Assembly: GCA_963797715.1 (NCBI GenBank)
Contig: CAWCQS010000017.1
Location: forward strand, 90,693 to 154,692
Direction: 5' to 3'
Origin: an uncultured Acidobacteriota bacterium
GTDB lineage: Bacteria; Acidobacteriota; Vicinamibacteria; Vicinamibacterales; 2-12-FULL-66-21
DNA: 64,000 nt
The notes beneath the pieces are model-generated. The model made no database searches. It saw only the letters and a list, made by a program, of their open reading frames with translations, and was not told the DNA's origin. A program made the translations under genes and the position numbers. Numbering within the stretch: the first letter of the stretch is position 1; each line of letters opens with the position of its first letter. Below are positions 1 to 11,130 of this stretch, one piece after another.

Positions 1-1
1 C

Positions 2-2583
2 CACATCGATCAGCAGACCGAGAAGTACGTTCGTGCGGGCATGTCTCGCGAGGAGGCGCGGCGCGAGGCGCTGACGCGCTTCGGTGGCGTCGAGTCGGTG
101 AAAGAGCAGGCGCGCGACGAGTTCCGGCCGGCGCTTCTCGACGACTTCTCCCGCGATCTCCGCTACGGCGTCCGTCTGCTGTTCCGCTCGAAAGTGTTTT
201 CGATCGTCGCGATCCTGACGCTCGGGCTTGGCATCGGCGCGGCCACTGCCGTCTTCAGCGTCGTCAACGGCGTCCTCCTGCGTCCCCTCCCCTACCCCGA
301 TCCCGATCGCATCGTCCGACTGCACCAGGTCGATAATAACGGGCGCCGCAACAACAACGTGTCCGAGCCCAACTTCGAAGACTGGAAGTCAGGCACTCGA
401 AGCTTCAGCGCGATGGCGGAAATGTCAGCCGCGCCGCAGCCGGTCTTGCTGAACGGCGACGCGATCATGGTGCCAGGGGCATTGGTGTCGCGCGAGTTCT
501 TCGACGTCATGGCCGTGCGGCCGATTGTCGGCCGCGGCTTCCGCCCCGAGGAACAGCACGTCGGCGCGACGCCGACGGCCATCGTGAGCGACCGCCTGTG
601 GCGGACGCGCTTCGATGCGGCCCCCCTCGACAGCATCACCCTGCGCGTTGAATCGACCAACTACGTTGTCGTCGGAGTGATGCCTCCCGGATTCAACTAC
701 CCCGGCGACAGCGACTATTGGTATACGCGAGAGCGCTTCCCGGCGCAGACGTCGCGAACAGCACACAACTTCCAGGTGATTGCGAGAGTCGCGCCGACGT
801 CGACCGTGGATGCCGCCAGACGCGAGCTCAGCCTTCTATCACGGGGGCTCAAGCAGCGTTACGGCGACGGGACGTGGATGTCAGACGCAGCGGCTGCGCC
901 GCTCCGTGATTCGCTGACCGGAACATCGAAACCGTTGCTGCTGCTTCTTTTCGGTGCGGCGATGCTGCTGCTCGATCATTGCCTGCCTCAACGTATCGAA
1001 TTTGTATCTCGCGCGCGCGTCCACTCGCCAGCGGGAACTGGCGCTCCGGCTCGCCGTCGGCGCCGGGCGCGGACGAATCACGAGGCAGCTGCTCGCCGAG
1101 GCTCTCGTGCTGGCGATTGCCGCGAGCGCGGTGGGCATCGGCATCGCGTTCGCCGGCGTCAAGCGCGCTCGCCGTGCTCCAGCCCGCCAACGTTCCTCGC
1201 ATCGCTGACGTCCGCGTTGACGCCGGGGTGTTGGCCTTTGCCCTCGTTGTCGCCCTCGTGACGGCTGGCCTCCTCGGTCTTCTGACCGCGTTCCGCACGT
1301 CGCCAACCACGCTGCGCGAGTCGCTCGGCGAAGGACAGCGGACGATGGGCGGCGGCCGCAGCGAGCGAACACGTCAAGGGCTCGTGGTTGCGCAAGTTGC
1401 GCTGACGATGGTGCTGCTCACCGGCGCCGGGCCTATTGACGCGCAGCTTCCTGCACGTCCTCGCCGTCGACCCTGGCTACAACACCGCGAATGCCCTCAT
1501 CCTCGATTTCATGTGGCCGTTCGTGCGCGATCCGCAACGGCTGCTCGCCGCGCCGACACCGAGCGCGAGATCCTCTCGAGGCTCGGCCAGCTGCCCGGTG
1601 TCGAGCATGTCGGTCTCGTGAGCTCGTTTCCACTCGGCAACGGATTCTTTCCAAACGGCCGATTCATCGAGATGAGCCGGCCGGATGAAATGACCACGCT
1701 TGACGACTACGGGCGCATTTCCGCGGAAGCCAAAGCACGCTTCGGCGACGCGGGCTACCGCGTCGCGAGCGAGGACTACTTCGCGGCGATGCGCATCCCG
1801 CTGATTCGCGGGAGACTCTTCGAACCAGCCGATGGAGCGAATGCGCCGCACGTCGCGGTCGTCAGCGAGTCGCTGGCCAAGACCCAGTGGCCCGGCCAGG
1901 ATCCGATCGGGCGATTCATTCAGTTCGGCAACATGGACGGCGACATGCGCGGCTTCCGCATCGTCGGCGTCGTCGGCGACGTGCGCGAGCTATCGCCGGA
2001 AACGGTGCCGGGCCCGATCTTCTACGGCTACTATCAGCAACGCGCGACGTCGCGAGTGAGCATCGTCGTCAGAGCGGCCACGCCGACGACGCTCGCTGCC
2101 TCCGCCCGGGAGATCGGGCGTCAGGTCGATCCCGAGGTTCCGATCCAGATGAGGACGGTGGACGACGCGTTCGAGCGCGCGCTCGCGGGCCGGCGCTTCA
2201 GCCTGCTGCTCATCGGCGTCTTCAGCGGTTGCGCGCTCGTCCTGGCGACGCTCGGCGTCTACGGCCTGATGGCGTATCTCGTGGCGCAGCGCACGCGTGA
2301 AATCGGCATCCGCATGGCGCTCGGCGCCGAATCGACCGACGTCGTTGCGCTGGTCGTAGGCCGCGGCGTTCGCCTTGCGGTGATCGGCGTCGCGATCGGC
2401 ACCGGTGCCGCGCTTGGCCTGACGCGGCTCCTCGACGGCATGCTCTTCGGCGTCACCGCAACCGATCCGCTGGCGTTCGCCAGCGTCGGCGCGCTGACGC
2501 TCGTCGCCGTGCTCGCCGCCACGCTCCTGCCCGCCTGGCGCGCGCTCAAGGTTGCGCCCGTGGTCGCGCTGCGGGCGGAGTGA
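2..2583 (+). pseudogene. ADOP-family (MacB/FtsX-like) ABC transporter permease; 5' end lies outside the window; reading frame broken about four times
   Basis: The frame is already open at nt 2 (HIDQQTEKYVRAGMSREEARREALTRFGG, the family-typical cytoplasmic N-terminus). The first TM and periplasmic domain are in ORF 41..1261. The first FtsX segment (IIACLNVSNLYLARASTRQRELALRLAVGAGRGRI) is in ORF 954..1208. The remainder, including the C-terminal FtsX domain, is in ORF 979..2583, with an excursion into ORF 1436..1621 (LLTRSFLHVLAVDPGYNTANAL). Frame switches fall near 974, 1164, 1432 and 1550. An intact paralogue lies at 35082..37532. Confidence 0.8.
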
Positions 2584-2733
2584 CGAGCGGCGCTGTCTCG
2601 TGACCGCCGGCGCTGGTCGGGAGGCCCAGTCCGGCCGGCCCGCGCCGGCGACCACGCGTCGCTCGACACGAAACGACCCCAGTTACACTAAGCGCACTCC
2701 CCTGAACGATCTCGATCGGGGGTTCCGCCCAGC

Positions 2734-3792
2734 ATGCGACATTCGCCTCGCTTCTCGGTTGTGCTCCAGCTCGCGGTGATCGCACTGGGCGCAGCGCTCG
2801 CTGCGACGGGGACCGCTTCGAATCAGGCGTCGTTGCCGACTGTTCGTAATCTCTTGCGTACGATCGCGCAAACGACCGACGCCGAGTGGGCGGCGATCAA
2901 CCGCGGCGAGGCGATTGCCAAGGTCCTGCCCACAGACGCTCGCGAGATTGCGGTAGCCGGCGCCATCCGCATTGCCGCATCGAGCGAGCGGCTCATCGCG
3001 CGCTATCGCGAGATCGAAAACCTCAAGCGCAGCGCCATCGTGCTCGACCTCGGCCGATTCAGCAAGCCGCCGCGTCCGTCTGACCTCGCGTCGGCGAAGA
3101 TAGAGGAGTACAACCTGGACCTGCGCGACTGCCGGCCGGGCGAGTGCCGGGTCCGCCTCAGCGAGGCGGATATCGCCCGGTTCCACAGCGAGGTCGACTG
3201 GCGCGCAGCCAACTGGCGCGAGCGATCGAGGTCGGTCTGGATGGACGTTCTGGCCGGCTATGCCGCGGGCTTCGCCCGCGACGGACGGCGGGCGCTGCCG
3301 ACGTTCGCCAACAAGCACGAGCCGTTGAGCGTTCCGGCCGAGTTGTCGCTGGTGGTCGATCGCTTCGCCTTCGTCGGCGAAATCGCGCCGGCCTTCCTTC
3401 CCTACCTCCGCGAGTTCGGTCCCAACCTGCCCGAGGGCGCCAACCAGCTGCTCTATTGGAGCAAGGAAGACTTCGGCGTGCGTCCGGTGATGCGTCTGTC
3501 ACATCAAACGATTTATCGTCCCGCCGGATCTCAGACAATCCTCGTCGCCACGAATCAGATCTACGCCGATCACTACCTCGACGCCGGCCTGACGGTGACG
3601 TTGGCAATCGATGCGGCCGAGGCGGGTGGCGGACCGGCGTTCTACATGGTGTCGGTGAATCGAGCGCGCACGAGGTCGCTCACGGGCTTCATGCGTTCGT
3701 TCGTGCGGTCGGCGGTCCAAGGTCGAAGCCGCGACGCGCTGCAGAAGATCCTGGCCTCTACCAAGGCCAGCCTGGAACAAACCGCGCGCTGA
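2734..3792 (+). CDS. hypothetical exported protein (no family recognised)
   Basis: Uninterrupted 352-aa ORF with GC-rich third positions. It has a signal-peptide-like N-terminus (MRHSPRFSVVLQLAVIALGAALAATG). I can name no diagnostic motif. Confidence 0.6.
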   Translation: MRHSPRFSVVLQLAVIALGAALAATGTASNQASLPTVRNLLRTIAQTTDAEWAAINRGEAIAKVLPTDAREIAVAGAIRIAASSERLIARYREIENLKRSAIVLDLGRFSKPPRPSDLASAKIEEYNLDLRDCRPGECRVRLSEADIARFHSEVDWRAANWRERSRSVWMDVLAGYAAGFARDGRRALPTFANKHEPLSVPAELSLVVDRFAFVGEIAPAFLPYLREFGPNLPEGANQLLYWSKEDFGVRPVMRLSHQTIYRPAGSQTILVATNQIYADHYLDAGLTVTLAIDAAEAGGGPAFYMVSVNRARTRSLTGFMRSFVRSAVQGRSRDALQKILASTKASLEQTAR

Positions 3793-3806
3793 GCTCGGCC
3801 CTTCGG

Positions 3807-5024
3807 TCAAAACAGCTTTTGTTGTATCTCGTTGATCTTTTTCGATCGACGTTCGCGAACGTCGTCAAAAACCGTGCGACCGCCGAGTGAGCGCGAGATC
3901 GCGCGCTCGTGCACGATCGTCCCATCCACATCCGCCTCGGGCTGGCAGTGGCGCTCGATCCACCGCGTGAACGCCTCGAGCCGCGACAGGCCCTGAAGTT
4001 TGTCCGAGTGACCAAGCTTCGCGGCATCCATCGCTCTCTTCAACACCGCAATCGACTCGTCGTATGTCTTCAGCGGCACTGGAAACGGATGGCCGTCCTT
4101 GCCGCCGTGGGCGAAGGAGAAACGCGCCGGGTCGGTAAATCGCGTCGGCGTACCGTGCACAACTTCGGCGACGAGCGCGAGGGATTGCAACGTGCGCGGG
4201 CCGAGCTGCTCGAGCAGCAGGAACGACGCGAAGTCGCGCAGGTCGCGCTCGTGGGCGAGCGCGAGGACGGCGCCGAGCCGCTTCTCGTTGACGTCGGCGG
4301 CGCGCACGTCGTGATGGCGCGGCATCTCGAGCCGGCGAACGTCGGCGAGCGTCTTCGACGGATCTTCGCGCGCGATGGCCACGAGCGCATCCTGCGCCGC
4401 CCCGGCGCGGCGATCGACGAGGTTTCGGATCACGCCGGCATGATCGCCGACGATGGCCGTGTGCGGCTCAGAGGTGAACTCACGAACGGTCGCGGAGTGC
4501 CAGTGATAGCGCCGGGCCAGCCGCCTCGCCTCGTTCATCCCCTGCTGCACGATCGCCCATTCGCCGTCGGCAGTGACGACGAACGAATGCAAGTAGATTT
4601 GAAATCCGTCGTCTATCGCGTTGTTGTCGATGCGGGCGGTCAACCGGCTCGTCCGCACGAGCGTGTCGCCGTCGAGGCTCGTGCGATCGGCGATGCGCCG
4701 CAACTCGTCGGGTGTGTTCCTGGAGTGGCGGCCGCGGCCGCCGCAGACATAAATGCCGAGCTCGTGCGCTCGCGGGTTCAGGCCTTTCTTGAGCGCTCCC
4801 ATCACGGAGGTGGTGATGCCCGACGAGTGCCAGTCCATACCCATCACCGACCCAAGGGCCTGGAACCAGAACGGATCGCTCAGCCGCGACAGCAGGGCAC
4901 CGCGGCCGTAGTGGTGAACCACACTTTCGCTGATGGCGGTGCCGAGCGTCACCATGCGTTCCGCCAGCCACGCGGGCACGCGGCCGCCGTGAAGAGGCAG
5001 ATCGGCAACGCCCGATCGTTTCAT
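3807..5024 (-). CDS. DUF763 domain-containing protein
   Basis: This is ORF 3807..5123, with the start placed at ATG 5024 (MKRSGVADLPLHGGRVPAWLAERMV, the conserved DUF763 N-terminus). The 33 upstream codons of the ORF read through the palindromic repeat at 5053..5137 and are not credible coding sequence. Confidence 0.75.
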   Translation of the reverse strand: MKRSGVADLPLHGGRVPAWLAERMVTLGTAISESVVHHYGRGALLSRLSDPFWFQALGSVMGMDWHSSGITTSVMGALKKGLNPRAHELGIYVCGGRGRHSRNTPDELRRIADRTSLDGDTLVRTSRLTARIDNNAIDDGFQIYLHSFVVTADGEWAIVQQGMNEARRLARRYHWHSATVREFTSEPHTAIVGDHAGVIRNLVDRRAGAAQDALVAIAREDPSKTLADVRRLEMPRHHDVRAADVNEKRLGAVLALAHERDLRDFASFLLLEQLGPRTLQSLALVAEVVHGTPTRFTDPARFSFAHGGKDGHPFPVPLKTYDESIAVLKRAMDAAKLGHSDKLQGLSRLEAFTRWIERHCQPEADVDGTIVHERAISRSLGGRTVFDDVRERRSKKINEIQQKLF

Positions 5025-5052
5025 TCGATCATTGTGCCATTGGGGAGCACTC

Positions 5053-5137
5053 GCAATGCTGAATGCTGAGTGTTGAATGCTGAAGTAAATGCTGAACTTC
5101 AGAATTACTTCAACATTCAGCACTCAGCATTCAGAGT
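5053..5137. repeat. palindromic GAATGCTGA-type intergenic element, copy 1 (REP/BIME-like long hairpin)
   Basis: The left arm CTGAATGCTGAGTGTTGAATGCTGAAGTAAATGCTGAA (from 5059) pairs with the right arm TTCAGAATTACTTCAACATTCAGCACTCAGCATTCAG (to 5134). That gives a stem of about 38 bp with a few mismatches and one bulge. The element is AT-richer than its surroundings. A near-identical copy lies at 14258..14338. Confidence 0.85.
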
Positions 5138-6507
5138 CTTCAACGACCAGAGCGTCGTCGGGACGAGCTCGGACACGGTGGGATGGATGTGCACGGCCCG
5201 TTTGATGAGCGTATACGGCTCTTTTGCGTACATGACGTCGAGAATCGAGTGGACAACCTCGTCGCCGCCTGTGCCAAGGATGGCAGCGCCAAGAATGTGA
5301 TTCGTCTCGGCGTCGACGACGACCTTGATGAAGCCAAACGTCTCCCCTTTTTCGACGGCGCGCTTGACGTCCTTCATCGCGCGCTTGCCGACCAGCGCCG
5401 GACGACCGGTGGCGCGCACTTCGGCTTCGGTCATCCCAGCTCGGCCGAGCGGCGGGTCGATGAACAGGCCATAGGTGGGAATGCGATCGCTGACCCGGCG
5501 CCGATCGTTCTCGAGAAGATTGGCGACGACGATCTCGGCGTCGTTGAACGAGGTGTGCGTAAACGCGCCGCGACCGTTGCAATCGCCAGCGCCCAGATGC
5601 CCGGCACGTTCGTCCGCAACTCATCGTCTACGGTGATATACCCGTGCTTATCGAGTGCGACGCCCGCCTTGTCGAGACCGAGATCGTCCGTATTCGGCCG
5701 GCGGCCGACCGCCAGAAGAAGATGCGTTCCCTCGACTTCGGGCGCTCCCGCCGTGCAATCCACCTGAGTGACCACGTTACCGTTGCGGCTCGACAGGCTG
5801 ATGCACTTGGCGTTCAGCCGAACGTTGATACCTTCGGCCTGGAGAATTTCGACGATAGCCTGCGAGACGTCCTCGTCCTCGCGCCGGATCAGCCGATCAG
5901 CCATCTCGACGATCGTCACTTCGCTGCCGAAACGCCGGAACATCTGACCGAACTCGAGGCCGATATAGCTGCCGCCGACGATGATCAGATGTCGTGGTAT
6001 GAAATCGACATCCATCATCGAGCTGTTGGTCAGAAACGGCACGCGGTCGATGCCAGGCATCGATGGGACCAGGGCACGGCCGCCGACGTTGATGAAGATG
6101 CGAGTGGCGTTCAGGCGATCCGATCCAACGCTGACGACCGTCGGCGATTCGAACCGCGCGTGTCCCTGATACACGGTCACACGCTCGGTTTTTCGCAGCC
6201 CTGATTCGACGCCTGTGCTCGACTGCCCGGATATCTCGTCCTTGCGCGCCTTGACCCGCGGCATGTCGACGGCAATCGAGCCGCCGACAGCGACGCCGAA
6301 CTCGCCGGCGCGGCGGGCCATGTGCGCTGCGTACGCGCTCGCGACCATCGTCTTGGTGGGAATGCAGCCGGTGTTGACGCACGTGCCGCCGAAGAGGCCG
6401 CGCTCGACGATGGCGACGGTCATGCCGGAACGAGCGAGGCGGTTCGCGACGAAGGGACCCGCCTGCCCCGTTCCAATCACGATGGCGTCGTAGTTGGTGG
6501 CCGTCAT
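5117..6507 (-). pseudogene. FAD-dependent pyridine nucleotide-disulfide oxidoreductase (class I flavoprotein, dihydrolipoamide dehydrogenase / mercuric reductase-like), one frameshift
   Basis: The N-terminal part is in ORF 5431..6567 from ATG 6507: MTATNYDAIVIGTGQAGP (FAD GxGxxG), the redox-active disulfide GGTCVNTGCIPTK, and the NAD site IIVGGSYIGLEFG. The C-terminal dimerisation domain is in ORF 5117..5434 (HIHPTVSELVP). The reading VPGIWALGDCNGRGAFTHTSFND is restored by adding one base to the CC run at 5586..5587. The last five codons and the stop lie inside the palindromic repeat. Confidence 0.85.
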
Positions 6508-6535
6508 GAGGTTCACGCTGTAGCCGGAGTCGAGA

Positions 6536-9406
6536 TTACTTCGAACCGCCCCCGGCAGAATAGACACGGAAATTGAGGATCGACCACGCCGGCGCGTCCT
6601 CGGCTGTGCCGGTCTGCGTCACGCGCACGAACTTCGCCTGCGTCGGGCGGAATGTCGCCACCGTCATCGCGGGCGATCCGGCGCCCTCGGCAACGGGCGG
6701 GCTCCACTTCTTGCCGTCCATCGAGAGCTGAATCTTGTAGCCGATCGGGTAGCTGCCAAACACCGGTGGCCCGGTGCGCCCACCACCAGGCCCACCAGCA
6801 CGCCCTGCAGGTGGCGCACCGCGACCACCGCGGCCGCGCCCTCCACCTCCCGGCTGACCGGCATCGAACTGCACTTCGGTGACCATCACCGGCTGCGGCA
6901 GTTCGACCTGGAACCACATGTCCGGTGCCTGTGGAGTCCCGGTCGTCCACGCCCCGAGCGTCAGACCGCTGGCCGCACGCTCGTTGTTGTGACTGGCGGT
7001 CGCCTTCCACGTCGGATCGACCGGCAGCAGCCGTGGCAACGAGACTTCGAGCTCCGGATAGGTCCACATCGATTTGCGGTTGGCCGTCGCCGTGCGCACA
7101 CGCGCGACCTCGGCCGGCGTGATGAATGGTGCGGAATTACCGAACTCGTTGCGAATGTATGACGAGACGTTGGCAATCCACTGATCGTTCTGCGCGCCCA
7201 TCGGCAACATCACCTGCGTGTAGGTCTGACCGGCAAGCGGGCCTGTCAGGCCGTACAGCAGCGTCTTGATGACGTAGTCGCGGTGGCCCTGCACGCGTGG
7301 CGAGCCGGCGAGCGCCGGCCCCATCATCGAGCCGTCGGTCGCTCCGGCGACAGCCACGCCGCGCGCGTCTTCACCGTGGCACGTCGAACACAGGCTCTTG
7401 AAGATGGTCTCGCCTTCCTTCATCTGCTCCTGCTGCTCGGGCGAGAAGAGCGCCGACGTCGCCGCGGCCGTCGCGATGCGCTGTAGCACGCGCTGGCCGA
7501 TCTCCTGCACACCCTTCGCCGGATTGGCCGCCATCGTCTCCTTGGTCAGCGCCTCTGCGTTCGGCAGCTTGAAGAGGTTGGCGGTGAGCATCGCCTGGAT
7601 CGCCACGTCGGGATCGGGATCCTTCGTCATCTCGCGATAGTCGTCGGCGAGAGTCCTGGCTGTTCCCTTGTAGAGCGTCTCGCTGGCGCGGATGGCCTGC
7701 ACACGCATCCGCGGATTCGCATCCTTCATCTGCTCACGCACCAACGCAACATCGAGCGCGCCAAGTCCTTCGAGCGTCCACAGCGCGTGAAAGCGCGCCA
7801 GCACGTTGTTCGATGTCCGGACGATGCTCTGAAGCTCCGGCACGACCGACTTGTCTTGCCGCTGCACGAGGAGCTGCTGCGCCGTATCGCGCCACCAGCC
7901 GTTCTCGTGACTGAGATGCGCGACGAGCTGCGCCGGCGTCTCCTCCAGCATGCGTGGCCGCGTCGCGTCGAGCTCGAGCGCGGGCATGGCAGGCACCTCA
8001 GGCGTCGCCTGCGCCGCCGGGCCGGCCGGAGTGGCCGGCACACCTGGCACGCCGTCGAACCGCAGACGCCAGATCCGGCCGTGGGTGGTGACTTTGTCGA
8101 GCTGATACTGCTCGATCTTCCGCCGCAGATACGAGCCGGGGCGCGTCCAGTTCGATTCCTGGATGATCCCGTGGTACATGTCGGCGATATAGATCGATCC
8201 GTCGGGCGCTGTCGTGATGTTGACGGGCCTGAAGAGCGGATCGGTGCTGGTGATGAACTCCGATCCAGGATAGACGTTGCGCAGCTGGGTCAGGCCTTCG
8301 TTCTTGACGATCGCGGGCGCGGCGAATGAGACGGCCGACCGGCTCGCTGACGAGCAGGTCGCCGCGCAGGTCCGGGGGCACGCGATGCGCGCGGACGACA
8401 TCCGCGCCGGACGCGGCGGTGAAGTGGTTCAGCCGTCCGACTGGCATGCGCACGCGGATCATGCCGCCCTGCGTGTCCGCGAGACCTGACTCCGGCCACA
8501 CGACCTCGAAACCGGGCTCGTACTGATCGGGCACGGTGAACGCACCGTAGTGAATCGGCACCTGGAAGTTCATCGGTCCGCGCTCCCCGCCCGCGTCCAT
8601 GAACCACATCTTTCCATCGTCATCCATCGTCACGCCCCACTGGCCGCCGTTTGGACCCGTCGGCTCCTTGAGGATGCCGTTCGGCGTCCAGCGAATGCGA
8701 AAGGCGTTGTACGTGGTGTAAATCCAGTTATCGAGACCCCAGTTGAATCCGGCTTGCTCGTGTTCGAGGTTGCCATCGCGGCCGATGCCGATGCCCGAGT
8801 AGAAATGCTCACGCTTGTCGGCCACACCGTCGTTGTTGGTGTCGGTGTACTTGACGATGTCGTCCGATGCGGTTTCGTTGGTCAGGATGCTGTTGCCGTC
8901 GAGCGGCACGATCGTGCGCGGCAGCACGAGCTTGTCGACGAAGACCGTCCGCTTGTCGTAGACGCCGTCGCCCTTCGTGCTTTCAAAACGCGTGATGCGG
9001 CTCTCGGGCGTGTGCTGGTTGTTGCCGTCAGCGTCGCGCATGTAGGTGACGAACTCGGCGACGTACATCCGGCCGTTGCCATCGAAGCGAATGACGGACG
9101 GGCTGATCACTTCGGGCTCGGCGACGACGAGCTCCAGGCGATAACCCGGCGGCAGAGTGAACGTCTTCGCCTGTTCCTGCGGCGTCAGCGGCTTGACCGG
9201 CGGCTTGGGCGAGAAATCCGCGCCAGCCTGCGACGTGGACGACAGCGTGCCGCCCCCACGCCCCTGAGGCGGTTGAGCGGTTTGCGTGGCGCCGGCGTCG
9301 TCGCCGTGGGCGGGGCCGGAGTCTGGGCTGCAACCAGCAAGCCGAACATCGGGAACATGATTGCGGCGAGCCTCACGAGCCTGCCGTAGAAACCTGTCGT
9401 TCTCAT
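6536..9406 (-). pseudogene. PVC-type heme-binding CxxCH protein (dehydrogenase-like propeller + HEAT-like repeats + cytochrome c + C-terminal F5/8 type C/discoidin domain), two frameshifts
   Basis: The leader MRTTGFYGRLVRLAAIMFPMFGLL (ORF 9185..9439, ATG 9406) joins AGCSPDSGPAHGDD of ORF 7998..9671 near 9330, which recreates a lipobox LLAGC. That frame (FTLPPGYRLELVVAEPEVISPSVIRFDGNGRMYVAEF) joins ORF 6536..8401 (IVKNEGLTQLRNVYPGSEFITSTDPLFRPVNI) near 8310-8340. The heme motif is FKSLCSTCHGEDARG. The discoidin-like tail is WFQVELPQPVMVTEVQFDAG. Confidence 0.75.
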
Positions 9407-9486
9407 CGCGCGTTTTCCTGGGGGTCGCGGAGGATACACCCGCGGTGACGAAGCTGGGGCACAACCTCAATACGATACACCGTGCG

Positions 9487-9943
9487 GCCACGGGACGCGG
9501 ATCCCGCGGATCACGGGTAGGCACGGGACGCGGATCGCGGATCACACACGAGACGCGGATCACGCGGGTGGACACGGGACGCGGATCACGCGGATCACGG
9601 GTGGGCACGGGACGCGGATCACACGGATCACGAGTGGGCACGGGACGCGGATCCCGGCACGGGTGGGCCACGGATCACGGGTGGGCACGGGACGCGGATC
9701 ACACGGATCACGGGTGGGCACGGGACGCGGATCACACGGATCACGAGTGGGCACGGGACGCGGATCGCACGGATCACGGGTGGGCACGGGACGCGGATCA
9801 CACGGATCACGGGTGGGCACGGGACGCGGATCCCACGGATCACGGGTGGGCACGGGACGCGGATCCCACGGATCTCGGGTGGGCACGGAACGCGGATCCA
9901 ACGGATCACGAGTGGCACGGGATGCGGACCACGAGGATCACCG
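9487..9943. repeat. tandem array 1: about 13-14 x 33-bp unit CACGGGACGCGGATCACACGGATCACGGGTGGG
   Basis: GCACGGGACG recurs with exact 33-nt spacing at 9605/9638 and at 9685/9718/9751/9784/9817/9850/9883. Units are irregular or degenerate at 9521-9604, at 9638-9684 and at both edges. There are no unique spacers. All six frames are open, which produces the repetitive pseudo-ORFs in the track. Confidence 0.95.
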
Positions 9944-9989
9944 ATTAAGTGATCAGACACGGACGCTCGGCTCGGCCGGTCAATTCAAC

Positions 9990-10433
9990 TCATTGAATGT
10001 CTCGGGAAGCATCAACGGCCGTGTCTGGTGGCTCGAAGCGCACTCGCTTGCGTTGTCGTTCGAAGATCACCCTGCTGAACTCAGGACGGCGGCCGAAGTT
10101 GAGCAGCAGGCCGACCTCGAGATCCGTCGCCTTCAAGTAGTGCAGGAGTTGCACTCTGTTGAAGGGGTCGATCTCAGGCTTGACCTTGATTTCGACGATA
10201 ACCGAGGACTGCACCACAAGATCCGCCTTGAACGTCACGAGGCGACGTCCGCGAAACCACACTTGCAGTGGCTTCTCGCTCTCCACGTCGAGCCCCTCGT
10301 CGTGGAGGGTGATTGCCATCGCCCGTTGCACGACGAACTCCGGAAAGCCTGCGAGTTCGTTGTAGGTGTCAAAGAACGCCCGGATGATCTTATCCGTCAG
10401 CTCATGATGCTGAAGATGGTGCGGTGTCTCCAT
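9990..10433 (-). CDS. GxxExxY-family protein (PDDEXK_3, PD-(D/E)XK nuclease fold)
   Basis: 147-aa ORF. It has a box variant, ELAGFPEFVVQRAMAITLHDEGLDVESEKPL, in which the usual Y is V. This is followed by FKADLVV...VIVEIKVK (D...ExK core) and LLHYLKATDLEVGLLLNFG, the family-typical C-terminal part. The gene is visibly less GC-rich than its neighbours. Confidence 0.8.
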   Translation of the reverse strand: METPHHLQHHELTDKIIRAFFDTYNELAGFPEFVVQRAMAITLHDEGLDVESEKPLQVWFRGRRLVTFKADLVVQSSVIVEIKVKPEIDPFNRVQLLHYLKATDLEVGLLLNFGRRPEFSRVIFERQRKRVRFEPPDTAVDASRDIQ

Positions 10434-10601
10434 GGGCCCCGCAGAGCAAAAAGGTCACCAACAAGAAGTTCAGCCAAATCCGTTCGATTCCACTTTGACG
10501 TTGCAAAAACCAACAACGATCTTTTAGCGCTTGCGCGCAGAATCTGAAACATGCCGCGGGCGAACTCACGACTCGGTGACGTCGAAATCAACTGCCGTGA
10601 C

Positions 10602-11130
10602 GATCCGCGCAATCCGCCGCTTGTCGAACGTCGATCCGTTTCATCCGCGACCTGCCGACTCATTGATCCGCGTAATCCGCGACCCGTCGAACGTTGATCC
10701 GCGTAATCCGCGACCCGTCAAACATTGATCCGCGTAATCCGCGACCCGTCGAACATTGATCCGCGTAATCCGCGACCCGTCAAACATTGATCCGCGTAAT
10801 CCGCGACCCGTCGAACATTGATCCGCGTGATCCGCGACCCGTCAAACATTGATCCGCGTAATCCGCGACCCGTCGAACGTTGATCCGCGTAATCCGCGAC
10901 CCGTCGAACATTGATCCGCGTAATCCGCGACCCGTCGAACGTTGATCCGCGTAATCCGCGACCCGTCGAACATTGATCCGCGTAATCCGCGACCCGTCAA
11001 ACATTGATCCGCGTAATCCGCGACCCCGTCGAACATTGATCCGCGTAATCCGCGACCCGTCGAACATTGATCCGCGTGATCCGCGACCCGTCGAACATTG
11101 ATCCGCGTAATCCGCGACCGGTCTGATCCC
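10602..11130. repeat. tandem array 2: 17 x 31-bp unit GATCCGCGTAATCCGCGACCCGTCGAACATT
   Basis: GATCCG unit starts fall at 10602, 10633, 10665, 10696, 10727, 10758 ... 11006, 11038, 11069, 11100, a 31-nt period with two 32-nt units. The first two units are degenerate. TCGAAC/TCAAAC, ACATT/ACGTT and TAATCC/TGATCC variants are interspersed. The unit matches the reverse complement of the array-1 unit at 20 of its first 23 positions. Confidence 0.95.

Noticed and set aside
9487-11130. Possible CRISPR arrays (regular 31-33-bp repeats).
   Set aside because: The units abut each other directly, with no unique spacers between them. No cas genes or leader were recognised anywhere in the window. These are tandem satellites, not CRISPRs.
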